Shown: positions 1 through 10,908 of the stretch, piece by piece | How positions within the stretch are numbered: position 1 is the first letter of the stretch | How the letters are laid out: each line of letters opens with the position of its first letter | NCBI RefSeq assembly: GCF_000143415.4 | Contig: NW_003314319.1 | Coordinates: 648,365 to 712,364, forward strand | Reading direction: 5' to 3' | Length of the DNA: 64,000 nt | Origin: Selaginella moellendorffii | Taxonomy: Eukaryota > Plantae > Lycopodiophyta | Notes under the pieces: model-generated | Database searches by the model: none | What the model saw: the letters and a program-made list of their open reading frames with translations, nothing else | What the model was told of the DNA's origin: nothing | Made by a program: the position numbers and the translations under genes

Positions 1-814
1 GACACCCTCTACTTTCACAAGTTCAAGTCGAAGGACGCTTGCTGGAGGTATGTCACAGCATAAAATACTGCTTTTCTTATTATTGTGTTTACAGGCTACT
101 GGTGGAATCAAGACAAGGTCGAAATCCAAATTGCAACCTGACCAGTTTACGAGAGTTTCCGCACTTCAAAAGGTTTGATCGGTTATGAATGGCTTTAACG
201 GTGACAAACCTGACTTCAGATTTTCTCCCTCCTGGCTCGTGGTCTAGTCGAAGGACAAGAGGCAGCCAGCAATTTCGTGGATGAGGTAAATCTAAATGTT
301 CGAATTCCAAAGTATTCAGCTTCTCTCAGGATGATGAGTGGGAAGAGCTTAGCAACCCGGACGGGAATGATGTGGAAGATGTAGTGCCAGCCAATAAATC
401 GCTACGGTCTGTTTTCGAGCCTGCTGATCTGTACGAAGACGTGTTGAATGGCGACGTGGTAAGAGCTAATCCCTGGAGAAAAAGCTGTGGCATTGATATT
501 CGTTTCGTTTTACAGAGTGATGGGGACGAACCAAGCGATGAAGTTGATCCAATCAATCAGGTAAGCGTTACGATAATTACGTGATATGCAAAACGTGTTT
601 CTGGCGACGCCGGTCGGCCACATTGCAGATCAATCTCCAAGCTTACTTGGTGGACTTCATGAAGAGATTCTCACAAGAAGCTCCGCTTGCATTCAGTGAA
701 TTCTTCAAGGTGAGACCTTTGTAAATCAACGTGTTGTTACAAATCTGCTTTTCTCCACAGGAGTTGTCTGATCGGGAAAAATGTGCGGTGCAAGATGCGG
801 TGTCTAGCAAGTAA
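1..814 (+). CDS. IPO9: Importin-9-like karyopherin, 3' exons (gene begins before the window)
   Basis: Manual splicing gives ...ATGGIKTRSKSKLQPDQFTRVSALQK|IFSLLARGLVEGQE...DEVDPINQ|INLQAYLVDFMKRFSQ...|ELSDREKCAVQDAVSSK*. This matches the importin-9 C-terminus (ITTRSK..PEQW, DPLNQINL..YL.DF). GT-AG introns; TAA at 812-814. Confidence 0.8.
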
Positions 815-1163
815 GAAGTGGCCGAGAGGGAGAAAAAAGTTTTGTAGGAAAGAGACAGAGACGACGATTATGTGTGATTCTTGAGTAAACCGCTTTTAAA
901 TCCGAAAGCTCGCAAGCTCAATACCAGTGTCTTGAACTAGATGTTTCGCGAAGGCTCTCATCGCACAGGAAACTCCCGGAGTAAGTTGCTGTGGAACACA
1001 ATCTCGTGTCTATAGAAATCGATGATCAAACCTGCGTTGGGATCTTTTGTGTTGAGGGGATGTAGCTTAGACGGTAGAGCACTCGCTTCGGCATCTCCAA
1101 ATCTTTAGTTGAGTGAGCATTCCACGCATTTTGACCGGTGTTGACTATTGTTGACCTCATGGA

Positions 1164-1320
1164 GCCTTTGATCAGATTCCGCAGAGGAACAATGTCTCTT
1201 CGTATCTCCTGATCACTGCATATGCCCAGAAAGGGCATGCGCCAAGCTGGAGAGCTTGCATGCAATCGATTCCAGCAACGTCTTGGTGGGCACAGCGATT
1301 CTTGACATGTGCGAGAGTCC
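1164..1320 (+). pseudogene. Degenerate PPR gene fragment
   Basis: One frame reads AFDQIPQRNNVSSYLLITAYAQKGH and another SNVLVGTAILDM. Both are PPR motif pieces, separated by a frameshift. YAQKGH also occurs in the PPR at 9244-10854. Confidence 0.6.
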
Positions 1321-1393
1321 GAGCCGAGATCGGGAGAGCGAGAATGGAGCTCGAAGTCCAAAGGTTAACAAATATAAAGGCATAATTGAAGGA

Positions 1394-2127
1394 TGGAGAG
1401 TTTGGTGCCCTAAGGCTGTTGACATGGTGCGCTGGACAAGAGCTACGATGGAGGCTCGGAGTCGGGCGGAGCGGGATGTAGAGTGGGTAGGCATATTTGT
1501 GAGAAACGCTTGGATCTAAAATCTTTTGAACAGGTGCGCTTCACTATGTCCGCTGCCACCCTTCCGCTCGAGAGTGCCTTTGACGAAGAGTATCGGGATT
1601 TGTATCGTGAGTGGAAGCAGGAGTGGGCCGCGTGGGGGAAATATCCCTCCATGTCAGTTCCCAAGGGCGCCACAGACGAGTTGATCATGGAGTACAGCGA
1701 AACACTCATTGGCGCCTTGATGGTGCACAAGTTGTACGAGGACGAGAAGATAAGTGAGATCAATTGATATGTTTTGAGCTTTTCTTAGTTTGCTGCTGCA
1801 TGTAGAGCGGGTGGAAGAGGAGGATGCCAAGATAGAAGCTCTGCAGGAGGCCAAGGCAGCAGTTAAGGCAGCAGCTCTAAGGCGGCAAATCAAGGCAGCA
1901 GCTCTAAAAGCGAAGAGAGGTAAGATTAATTGATATGTCTTGAGCTTTCCTTAGTTTTGCTGCTGCATGTAGAGCGGGAGGAACAGGAGGAGGCTAGCGG
2001 AGCAGAGGCGGCAAATCCTTCTTCAAGCTCCACGCCTCAGCAAATCTCCAAAGAACGCTCGTTCCTGCCAAAAGCTGCCAGACCGGCCAACAAACCAAAA
2101 CGACGCAGAGATGGCACTGTAGCATGA
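1394..2127 (+). CDS. Hypothetical spliced protein with an Ala/Lys/Glu-rich coiled-coil; start uncertain
   Basis: Exon-like ORF segments joined by GT-AG introns (~1487-1533, ~1754-1805, ~1920-1972). No family recognised. Confidence 0.35.
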
Positions 2128-3276
2128 AGCCCGGAGAAAGACTTTTTCTTCCTCTAAAATGGGTATGCAAGCGTGATGAGGAAATTACGCCGGGCTGGAT
2201 CACAGCCAATCATTGGCTGTGGCGGCGGCAATCCATTCCTAGTAATGATCTTGTGTAAGACTGAAACAAGCTTGAAATAGACGCAGTTGCACTGGAAGAA
2301 GAAAAATCAATCTCTGCATGGAACACATAAGTTTTGTTCCACTCTCTTGCTCTTGAGGGGATAGAACAAGCGAGAAAAACGAACAAAGACGAGGCAGTTT
2401 TTGTTTACTATCCCGGGGTCACTCCACACAAGATGTTGCAGGCTTCACAGTTGGAGACTGGTGAAATTTCATCAACGTTCCAAATGGTTGCCACTTGGGA
2501 TTTATTCGTTTTATCCGACTGAACCATTCGAGGATGTGGTTGCAGCTCCAAGTGAAACTGTTTGTGGATCCAAGTTGTTAGAGCTGCAGGATTTGCATCT
2601 TGATTGTGAAGGACTTCAATACGTACAACACATACAATCTAAAGAGGAGTCCATGCTTGATTCTAAAACATGGAGATGGCAGATATGGGCAAATGCCAAT
2701 GAGTGGCATGTCAAGCTGCATCAAGTTGAATTCAAGGATGAAGAGCAAGTGATTGCAGATATTCACCATTCAGGTGGAATTCAATTCTACAACTTGAGCA
2801 ATATTAGTAACGATGGCAAAGTGGTGGAGCTTAGTAGTGGATGTAGAGATCCCAATACATGTCAGCAAATACAGTAGTTGTGTAGTTTTCTACTACACCA
2901 CAGTCATGGAAATGGCACACCCCTGCTTCAAAGTCGAATGCCAAACAGCTTCTTGATGAGCGTCATTGGGATCAACTTTGCCCATTTGTCCCCAATTGAG
3001 ATTCCAATCCAGATCCTTCACAAAGGAATTTACAAGTATGAAAAGAATTAGACATAATCTCCTTCGGCCAAGCGTTTTTCTTGCTCAAATACTTCTTGAG
3101 TTCTACTTATTCGTAAATTTTATAACGCAGAAAAATTGACTTATTTCCAGAATCCTTACAGTATATCATCTACCAGGTAATGTTTTTTTGCTTGGGGAGA
3201 GGGGACTTCTTCAAAAGAAGGCATGCTCTCATGTCGCTTTGAAGTTTAGAAAACGCTGCATTAGGGCGGTGATGAG

Positions 3277-4176
3277 ATGAGTCAGAATGGAGGAGGCAAG
3301 GTATGGAGCGAGCAGGCGGTGTGGACGCTCCTCAGCATCTACGAGGACAAATGGAGGCAAGTAGAGTGGGGCAACCTCAAAGCCAGGCACTGGGAGGAGG
3401 TAGCCACCACTTTTGCGGCGGCCGGGGGCTTGCGCTGCCTGCCAAAATCTCCGCTCCAGTGCAAGAACAAGGTGGAGGACCTCAAGAAGAAGTTCAAGGA
3501 GAAGATGCACAAGGGCTCCTCCTCCTCCTCCTCAAAGTGGCCTTACTTTGCTCGAATGGACGCCATGTTTGCGAGCGCTGCCAGGGGATTGATAGCCCAG
3601 GAAGGAGCTGCCGCCGCCGCCACTGCCACTGCCACCGCTGCTGCGTATAACGGCGACTTTGGATCCGCCAGGCACCACCATTTCTCCTCCTTGGACGATA
3701 CAAACACCGAGGTGAATGGCGACGAGTTTGACGAAGATGGTGGAAACGAGAGCCATCGGGGTGGTGGTGGTGATGGGAATCACAACGAGTTTGAAGAGGA
3801 GGACGAAGACGCAGAAGGAGAAGAGGAGGACGAAGAGGAAGAGGTGGAGGAAGAGCTCTCCAACTTCGATGCTGGTTTGAAGAGGAAGCCACGGGCGCTG
3901 GCGAACAGGAGGAAGAAGACGAGGTGTGGCGGCGGCTCGATGAGGCGATGTGGAAGCTCTTGGCTGGCCAAGGACGCTCTCGTAGCTCTGGTTGCTTCGC
4001 TTGGGGAGTCAGTGGTGAGGATCGAGAGGTCCAAGCTGGAGTCGCAGAGGCAGCTGCTGTTGATGCGAGCCCAGGCGGAGAACAGGCGGATCGAGATGGA
4101 AGCCAAGAGTCACGATATGTTTATCACCTTGCAGCTCCAGCTTGCGCAGCTCATAGCACAGAGAGACCATATCTAG
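3277..4176 (+). CDS. Trihelix (Myb/SANT-like, SIP1/ASIL-type) transcription factor
   Basis: Intronless 299-aa ORF with WSEQAVWTLL..YEDKW..GNLKARHWEEVA..KSPLQCKNKVEDLKKKF..WPYFARMD, an acidic tract and a C-terminal coiled coil. Confidence 0.9.
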   Translation: MSQNGGGKVWSEQAVWTLLSIYEDKWRQVEWGNLKARHWEEVATTFAAAGGLRCLPKSPLQCKNKVEDLKKKFKEKMHKGSSSSSSKWPYFARMDAMFASAARGLIAQEGAAAAATATATAAAYNGDFGSARHHHFSSLDDTNTEVNGDEFDEDGGNESHRGGGGDGNHNEFEEEDEDAEGEEEDEEEEVEEELSNFDAGLKRKPRALANRRKKTRCGGGSMRRCGSSWLAKDALVALVASLGESVVRIERSKLESQRQLLLMRAQAENRRIEMEAKSHDMFITLQLQLAQLIAQRDHI

Positions 4177-4243
4177 GCCAATTCCCTGGACGCAAAAATC
4201 AGTGTTTTTTTAAAAGAGAGAGCTTTTGGCGAGTGTACGAACC

Positions 4244-7200
4244 TCAGTAGAAAGCTCGGCCACCTTCACTCGTGATCGCGCTCTCTCTCGCAAGCGCCTC
4301 CGTGATGCTCTGTGGCTGCAGGCGAGGCTTCGACGGGAACACAAACAGCTGCGTGTTGCTTGCCGGTGGCTGGTAACTGGCGCTGAAGTTCACGAGAGTG
4401 AGCATCACCTGCGGGAGCTGCTGCATCCCACACGCAATCGGCACCAGCTTGAGCGGCAGTGATTCCGTCGACGAAGGCAGCAGTGAAATGGAGCCTCGGG
4501 ATGCGCCTGACACCAGAAAGCTCTGGGCGTCCACCACCGAGAACTTCACCTCCTGAACAGTGTTCGTCCGGTTCTGGATGCGAAACGACAGCGTGAAAGG
4601 AGTGCCGAGGAGGCCATACGGTGGATACTGCAGCGACACTACTACGGGAGCCTTCTCGACGGCGATGACCGGCAGTGCTAACCGTGTGGTCACAGAGCTC
4701 TGGAGAATGCCCGTAGCATCTGTGCTCGAAGGTGAAGCCATAATCTCGTCTATGCCGGAAACCTCCACCACCTCGGGTTCCTGTCGCTGCTGTTCTCTTT
4801 CCCACCTCAGAGCCACGGTGCCAATGTCGAGAGATGATGATACAGCCAGAGGTCGTATAGATAAAATCTGATTGAAGACCTCGCCGGGTAAGAGCTTGGT
4901 AGCCTCGCTTGACTGACTGATAGCGCTGTTCCTGAGACGGCTCCCTTCCATTCGTCTTACTTGACACGTTCTGGCATTCTTCTCCTCGACCTGGACTGGA
5001 GAGATGAGAAGTGGCACGGAGCAGATGTTTCTNNNNNNNNNNNNNNNNNNNNNNNNNNNNNNNNNNNNNNNNNNNNNNNNNNNNNNNNNNNNNNNNNNNN
5101 NNNNNNNNNNNNNNNNNNNNNNNNNNNNNNNNTTTCATCAAAAGGTAGGACGGTTCCAGCAGATCTCTCGACGCTGCCTGGAAGAAACGCGTCTCTCTGA
5201 AACGGAACCATGTACCTACAGTTGATTCTCAGAGCCTCCTCGCATTGTAAGTCGACGTGTTTATGACTCCACAGCTTATGAGTGTCGTCGTTGGTTCCAA
5301 ACTGTATCTGGTATCCCAATGTAACAAAAAAGGAGACTGGTTTCGCTTCTGTAAACCGTAAGTACGTGGAGGTCGACCAGCTTCCATCTGCTTCGACGTA
5401 AGGTATCTTCATGGACCCCTGAAACTCCCATAGAAGCGTCTCACCACTTCCATCTTTCAATCGAGCTGGTACGAATATCTTAGCACACGCAGCAGAGGAG
5501 CCTGTGGAAGGTGTTTTCGGCGAAAAGGCATCGTTGGAAGCGACCTCAGTCACGGACACTTGCAATTCTCCGGCGTCGATAGCATGCCCCCTGGACCTGA
5601 TGTGTATTCTAACTAAAACCGTTTCCCCGAGTAAGCCTGTGCCTCCTGAGTCGATTTCTATATCAACCTTGGGTTCCACCTCTTCCACCTGTACAACCTT
5701 CTGTCCTAGAAAAGCCAAGTTCTTATCCTTCACGGGGTAACTCTCGAGCGCTGGCTCAAACTGCCAAAACGGATCCGGTTCTCTAGAAGCCGGGCTCTCC
5801 ACTTGACAGCGAACGGTGGTGTTGCGTCCTAGTCGTGCAACAGCGAACAGACACTCTAGTTTCCCGCTTTTTACTGCAACAAGCAGAAAAACATCACAAC
5901 CGATAATTTTTCGAGAGAGATATTGTACCTGCAATTATATCAACTTCCAGTCGTTTCCACTGATGCGGCATAAGTTTCAGATCGCAGCCCTGGTCCAGAG
6001 AATGCTTGAGAGCAAGATTACAAGCATTCTGGTTGAAGTGTATCTCCAAGTCACCAAGTTCCAACGGATGCGGTAAATGAGTGAGCAGGGAAACTGTCAA
6101 GCGTGTTGACATACCCGGTTTCACCGCCTGCTCGTGGAAGGCAACGCAAACTGATAAAACTCCCCTGAGAGGACTGACGAGGTCGATCTCCAAAGCAATT
6201 GGAGCTTCACCATCTGGCAGTGCATCAGTCCCTGTAATAGCCGCAATGACGTCTGTCAGTGCAGTACTTCTTCTCGCCACCTCTGACCAGCTTTCCTCCG
6301 GCAATGCCGCCAGCTCTAAACTGTACTCCAGAAACTCTTTAGAGAGTCCGAGATGTTTAGCCGTTTCACGCAGATATTCCAGGCTCGCGGCGAGAAGCTC
6401 AACCCATGCCTCCTTTCTGTACATTTCGGCGACGGTGTCGAATAGCCGTTTTGCATTCTCATGTTCGCCCGCATGAAAGTATTCGCGGCCCATTTGCGTT
6501 CCAAGATAGTAAATCATCCGGGTCGCTTGCGTGGCTTTGTACTGTTCGTGAGCCTTGGTCAACAAATTTATTGCAGCTCGCGAATGAGGAAATTGTCTTT
6601 CCGTCAGCATCGCATGTCTCATGTATTCGTCGGGTGTAGCACTGCAATGGCATATGTAAGAGCCTGAAACAAGAGCGACGCGAATAGTTACCTCTGTTCT
6701 TCTGACATTCTGCTTAGAACACGAGGACCTTGTCCGACGTAGAGGGGCGGACCAACTTCTTCTGGAGGACCAGCTAGAACGTCCACTGCATCTGGATTAT
6801 CAAACGACTCGAAAGTTGCAAACGCTCTCTCAAAGGTTCGTCTTCGTCCAGCCATATACGAAGCAGCTATCTGCAACGTTCACTTTTTTTCAGACCACGA
6901 TGAACGAGAAAACATGAAATACCTGGTAGTAAAAGCCCGGCTGTAATTCCCGCTCAGTTACACCCGATCCGGCCAGCACAGCGGTAGATGTTGGAGCTGT
7001 AGAACGGCCAGTCTTCAAAAGATCTCCGAAAACGTGGTGCTGCTGGCCGACCCATGCCCAGTGCATAAAAATGCCTTCTGGAGGTCCAGAAAGCTTCTTG
7101 AAACTAGCAATGTGATGCTTAAACCACTTCACGGCCTCAACTTCCTTCCCACTGTGGAGCAGTAAAGTTGAGACTTTGAAATGCAACTGCTCTGCCACGG

Positions 7201-8333
7201 CTTTCAGCTCAACAACTCGTTGAATACTCTGAGTTTCCGCAGGATTGCTGAAAACCTGTCAAGGGCGATTCGCAAAAATCAGAAAGGCGGGAAACTGTTG
7301 CGCACAAGCAGTCGACAGGCAAACATGAACTTAGATCGTGCACGGGGGCGACTGACAAAAGAAATCAACCTTAGATAGAAGAGAAGCACCTCCAGCAGAA
7401 GAGTGTACGCCGTTTCATAAAACCTGAGGGCAGTCACCCAATCTCTGCGAAACTCCGCGTAGTAACCCATCTGCATCACAGCGGAGTAATCAGAAGTTCA
7501 AAGCTTTGAAATGCTGGCAATACCTTAAAATTGAAACGAACAGCAATCTCGGTCGCAGTCCAGTTCTTTTTGTCAAGACGAGCTTTCACACGGCGCGACT
7601 GTTCTTTGTAATAAAGATTTGCAAGCTCCCCCAGAATACTCCCTAGCCTGCATCGTACACAGAAAACGATATTCACCAGCACAAAAAAACAAAAACGAAC
7701 CTCGCGAGAGATCGTTTCAATTCAGTCGGATCGTGAGATATGAACGTCATACAACACTTGTTGTCAAGCTCTGCACGTTTTCGAAGAGCAGCCGTTCGAT
7801 CATCGTTGATTTCACCTGAACAGAAGGATATGCAAGAAAAAATTCATTATAAGAGGGACAAATGTATAGAAATACCGTGAAGAGTTGGCTGGACGATCGC
7901 CACAACCAACTTCGTGTTCCTTCCGCGAATCACATTCCTAGTACACTCGTCTCAGTTAGAGTACAAACACGAAGAGGAAAAAGACTAACCTGACATTGTC
8001 TAGATGGCTACAAACTTCCATCCATTGCGCTGGATCCCCGTTAACTTGCTCTCGATCGAAGAGCACAGCCAACACGGCAGGAACTTTGGTTCGATGCTTG
8101 TGCATCCAATCGGCCTTGAGGACCCCCGCTGGAGCTGGAATCCTAGCCTCGAGCGGAGCTCCCTCCTTGCCTCCAATCACAGCCACCTTGGAGAAATCCG
8201 GAAGCGCCAGGGTGTTGATCGGCGGCTGCTCCGTGTGGAGCGACATCGAAATCTGCGGATGAAGCTCGGGCATTCCCACCAGCGCGGCGAGCGCAACGGG
8301 AGGAGTCCTCAGCTCCTCCGGGAGATCCTCCAT
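4244..8333 (-). CDS. TRAPPC11: Trafficking protein particle complex subunit 11 (foie gras/Gryzun domains), multi-exon
   Basis: N-terminus MEDLPEELRTPPVALAALVG; GYYAEFRRDW..AL; AEQLHFKVSTLLL; C-terminal Gryzun-like segment. Interrupted by an N gap. Confidence 0.9.
5033..5132. other. Assembly gap (100 N)
   Basis: Run of n inside the last TRAPPC11 exon region. Confidence 1.
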
Positions 8334-8534
8334 CGCTGAGGAGAGATATTTCTAGCTGAATCGAGGAGGAAGACGCGAGATCTTGGATTACCTAGCTTCC
8401 TGGCGCTGGATCTCTCCGTGCGCGCTCCAATCGCCAAAAACCCTAGAGACTGGAGAAATTTTGCTAATGCCCAACATACATTTGTCTTTCGTGGATACTT
8501 TATACAAGTAGAGGAACTAGCCTACCTACAGGAT

Positions 8535-8972
8535 CTAGCTACACGCGTCTTGTTCTTCCGGGCAGCGGCCACTACCCCGCCGCGATCCTCCACCAAAATA
8601 CTCCCTCCAATCGCCCGAATTCCCAAATCCCACGCTCTCCACGAATCGTAGCTGCTCGTCGCCACCCTGGATCCTGCCGCTGCCAAAGAGATTGAGGCTC
8701 ACAGGCCGCCCTCTTTCGGACGATCCCATCCTCCATAGCTTCCGGCTGGGCTGCTTCCTCAACCTCCTCGCGAATCTCTTGGCGAGCTTGGCGGGGATCT
8801 TGACGCACACGAATCCCGCCAGCGGGAGGATCGTGAGTGGGCAGCAGCAAAACGCCGCGCAAATCCCAGTGAGCCCGCCACAGCAGCTACAGCAAGCTTC
8901 CTTGCATGAAACTTGGTCCTCGCATTGTTCTTCTGGGCGGCCTACCTTCGATCTTGCCACTCTTGGTTCCAT
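8535..8972 (-). CDS. Small plant protein with a CCCP-hydrophobic-KIPAKL motif (uncharacterised land-plant family)
   Basis: 145-aa ORF from ATG 8972 containing CAAFCCCPLTILPLAGFVCVKIPAKLAKRFARR and a C-terminal W..YFGGG. Confidence 0.6.
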   Translation of the reverse strand: MEPRVARSKVGRPEEQCEDQVSCKEACCSCCGGLTGICAAFCCCPLTILPLAGFVCVKIPAKLAKRFARRLRKQPSRKLWRMGSSERGRPVSLNLFGSGRIQGGDEQLRFVESVGFGNSGDWREYFGGGSRRGSGRCPEEQDACS

Positions 8973-9243
8973 TTTTTTTCGCTCTTGCGAGACCTCGAAT
9001 CTGATAACCATGCTCGAATTCCCGATGGATGGGAAAAAAATTCCAGCTTGAGACAAACCTATCTATCGGCAGCCTGTTCCACATGAAACAACCGATAGAA
9101 AACACCCACACAAAGAGAAAAAAACAGTTACCTCGAGGACAAACGGTTTGCGTCTTAGGTGGCAGTCGAACGTTGCAAGGTAAAACGGTAACAACCATTG
9201 CAGTAATTCTCTTCCTTTAAACCAAGGTTAGAATGATCACATC

Positions 9244-10854
9244 TCATCTCTCCTTTTCTTCCTTTATCATACCTTTACTTTCTCCGTATATATTTCCCAG
9301 CATCACATACATCGAGTGATTGCCACTCCCAGAGTCCACAGCCTTTCCAGCGATCTCTTGGGCTCTGTCAAACTCGCGATGAATTCTACAGCTACCTAGT
9401 AGCGTCATCCACCCCAGCGATTTTCTCGAGAATGGCATCATCGCAAAGAGCTCCTCGGCCTCTTCCAGGCGACCCAATCGACCCAAGATATCCATCAAAC
9501 AGTGGTAGTGATCCACCATTGGCTTTGCGCCGTGGTCGCCCATCATTGACTTGAAGTAACGCAAGCCTTCCTTGTAGAAGCCCCTGTGGCTGCAGGCGGT
9601 CAAAACGCTCACGAACACTCCATCATCGGGCGTTTCGCCCTCGAGTAGCAGGAGCTGGAACACTTCAAACACCTCCAGCGTATGCCCTGTCAGGGCATAC
9701 GAGTGGACCATCGCGGCCCATGCCACCACGTCGTGGTACGGCATACGCTCAAACATTACCCTGGCTCGCGAGATGTGGCCATGCCGTGCATACGCCTGGA
9801 ACATAGCGGTCCACGAGACCTGGTCCCAGTACGGCAGCTGTTGGAACAGGCTCCATGCCTGGCGCAAATGCCCTTTCTGGGCATATCCAACGATCATCGT
9901 TGTCCACGACAGTAGATTCCTTTGTGGCATTTTGTCAAAGAACTCTTTAGCGTCGGATATGTTTCCATTGTCCACACACGCTTGAATCAACACCGTCCAC
10001 GACACCACATTCCTGTCTGGCATCTGCCAAAAGAGATTCTTGGCATCTTCGAGATACCCTCCCTGAGTGTAAGCATTAAGCATGGCTGTCCACGCCACCA
10101 CGTTTTTCTCAAAGGGCATTCGATCGAATACACTGCGTGCGCCCTCTATGTGGCCATTGATTGCGTAAGCGGAGATCATGGCCGTCCACGAGATCTCATC
10201 CTTGTCAGGCATCTCCTCGAATAATTTCTGGGATTTCTCCAAATGCCCGCATTGGGCATAAGCTAGAGCCATGGTTGTCCATGATACCTGGTTTTTCTTT
10301 CCCATTTTGTTAAAGATCCTCTTTGCAGATTCCAGATCCTTTTGTTCCGAGTATCCGGCGAGCAGCGAGTTCCAAGTTACCACGTTTGGAGAAGGCATCT
10401 CGTCAAATATACTCATAGCTTCCCGCATATCCCCAACTTGGGCATATGCCGCAATTATCGTATTCCAGGACACCGCACTCTTCTCGCGCATTCGATCGAA
10501 CACATTTCTAGCTTGCTGAAGATGCCCGTTTTTAATGAGCGCGTTCATCATGATGTTTCCCGAGAACACATTCGGATGATCCATGTTTGTGTAAACATCC
10601 TTTGCATCTTCGAGGCTCCCACACTTGCCATACATTTCAATCAGAAGATTTGTGAGCAGCCTGTTCCGACCCAGCCCCTTCTCTTTGATCTCTACGTGGA
10701 TGCGCTTGCTTTCAAGGAGATCCTTGGCATCTCCAGATTCTTTCATCCGCTTGGTGAAAAGATCCACAATTTGCTGCTTCTCGGCTGCTCGCTGCTCATC
10801 GGTTCTCCACGTCCAGATCCCACCAGCATCTTTGACACCATGACTTACCATCAT
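9244..10854 (-). CDS. PLS-class PPR protein with E domain, no DYW
   Basis: Tandem repeats such as NVVSW..MI.AYAQ.G and MYGKCGSLEDA, plus FVSVLTACSH, HYHCLMDILGRLG and W.TLLGSCRIH. First ATG at 10854. Confidence 0.92.
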   Translation of the reverse strand: MMVSHGVKDAGGIWTWRTDEQRAAEKQQIVDLFTKRMKESGDAKDLLESKRIHVEIKEKGLGRNRLLTNLLIEMYGKCGSLEDAKDVYTNMDHPNVFSGNIMMNALIKNGHLQQARNVFDRMREKSAVSWNTIIAAYAQVGDMREAMSIFDEMPSPNVVTWNSLLAGYSEQKDLESAKRIFNKMGKKNQVSWTTMALAYAQCGHLEKSQKLFEEMPDKDEISWTAMISAYAINGHIEGARSVFDRMPFEKNVVAWTAMLNAYTQGGYLEDAKNLFWQMPDRNVVSWTVLIQACVDNGNISDAKEFFDKMPQRNLLSWTTMIVGYAQKGHLRQAWSLFQQLPYWDQVSWTAMFQAYARHGHISRARVMFERMPYHDVVAWAAMVHSYALTGHTLEVFEVFQLLLLEGETPDDGVFVSVLTACSHRGFYKEGLRYFKSMMGDHGAKPMVDHYHCLMDILGRLGRLEEAEELFAMMPFSRKSLGWMTLLGSCRIHREFDRAQEIAGKAVDSGSGNHSMYVMLGNIYGESKGMIKEEKER

Positions 10855-10908
10855 GTCTTCTACGACATCGTTTTCTTTAGATGTTATATACAAAGTGATT
10901 GAGCGATC

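Noticed and set aside
2334-3000. 158-aa ORF and nearby fragments, vaguely kinase-like
   Set aside because: Motifs too degenerate to support a call.
3277-4176. Trihelix gene as the Myb partner of the Harbinger relic
   Set aside because: 25 kb away, and a typical cellular trihelix TF.
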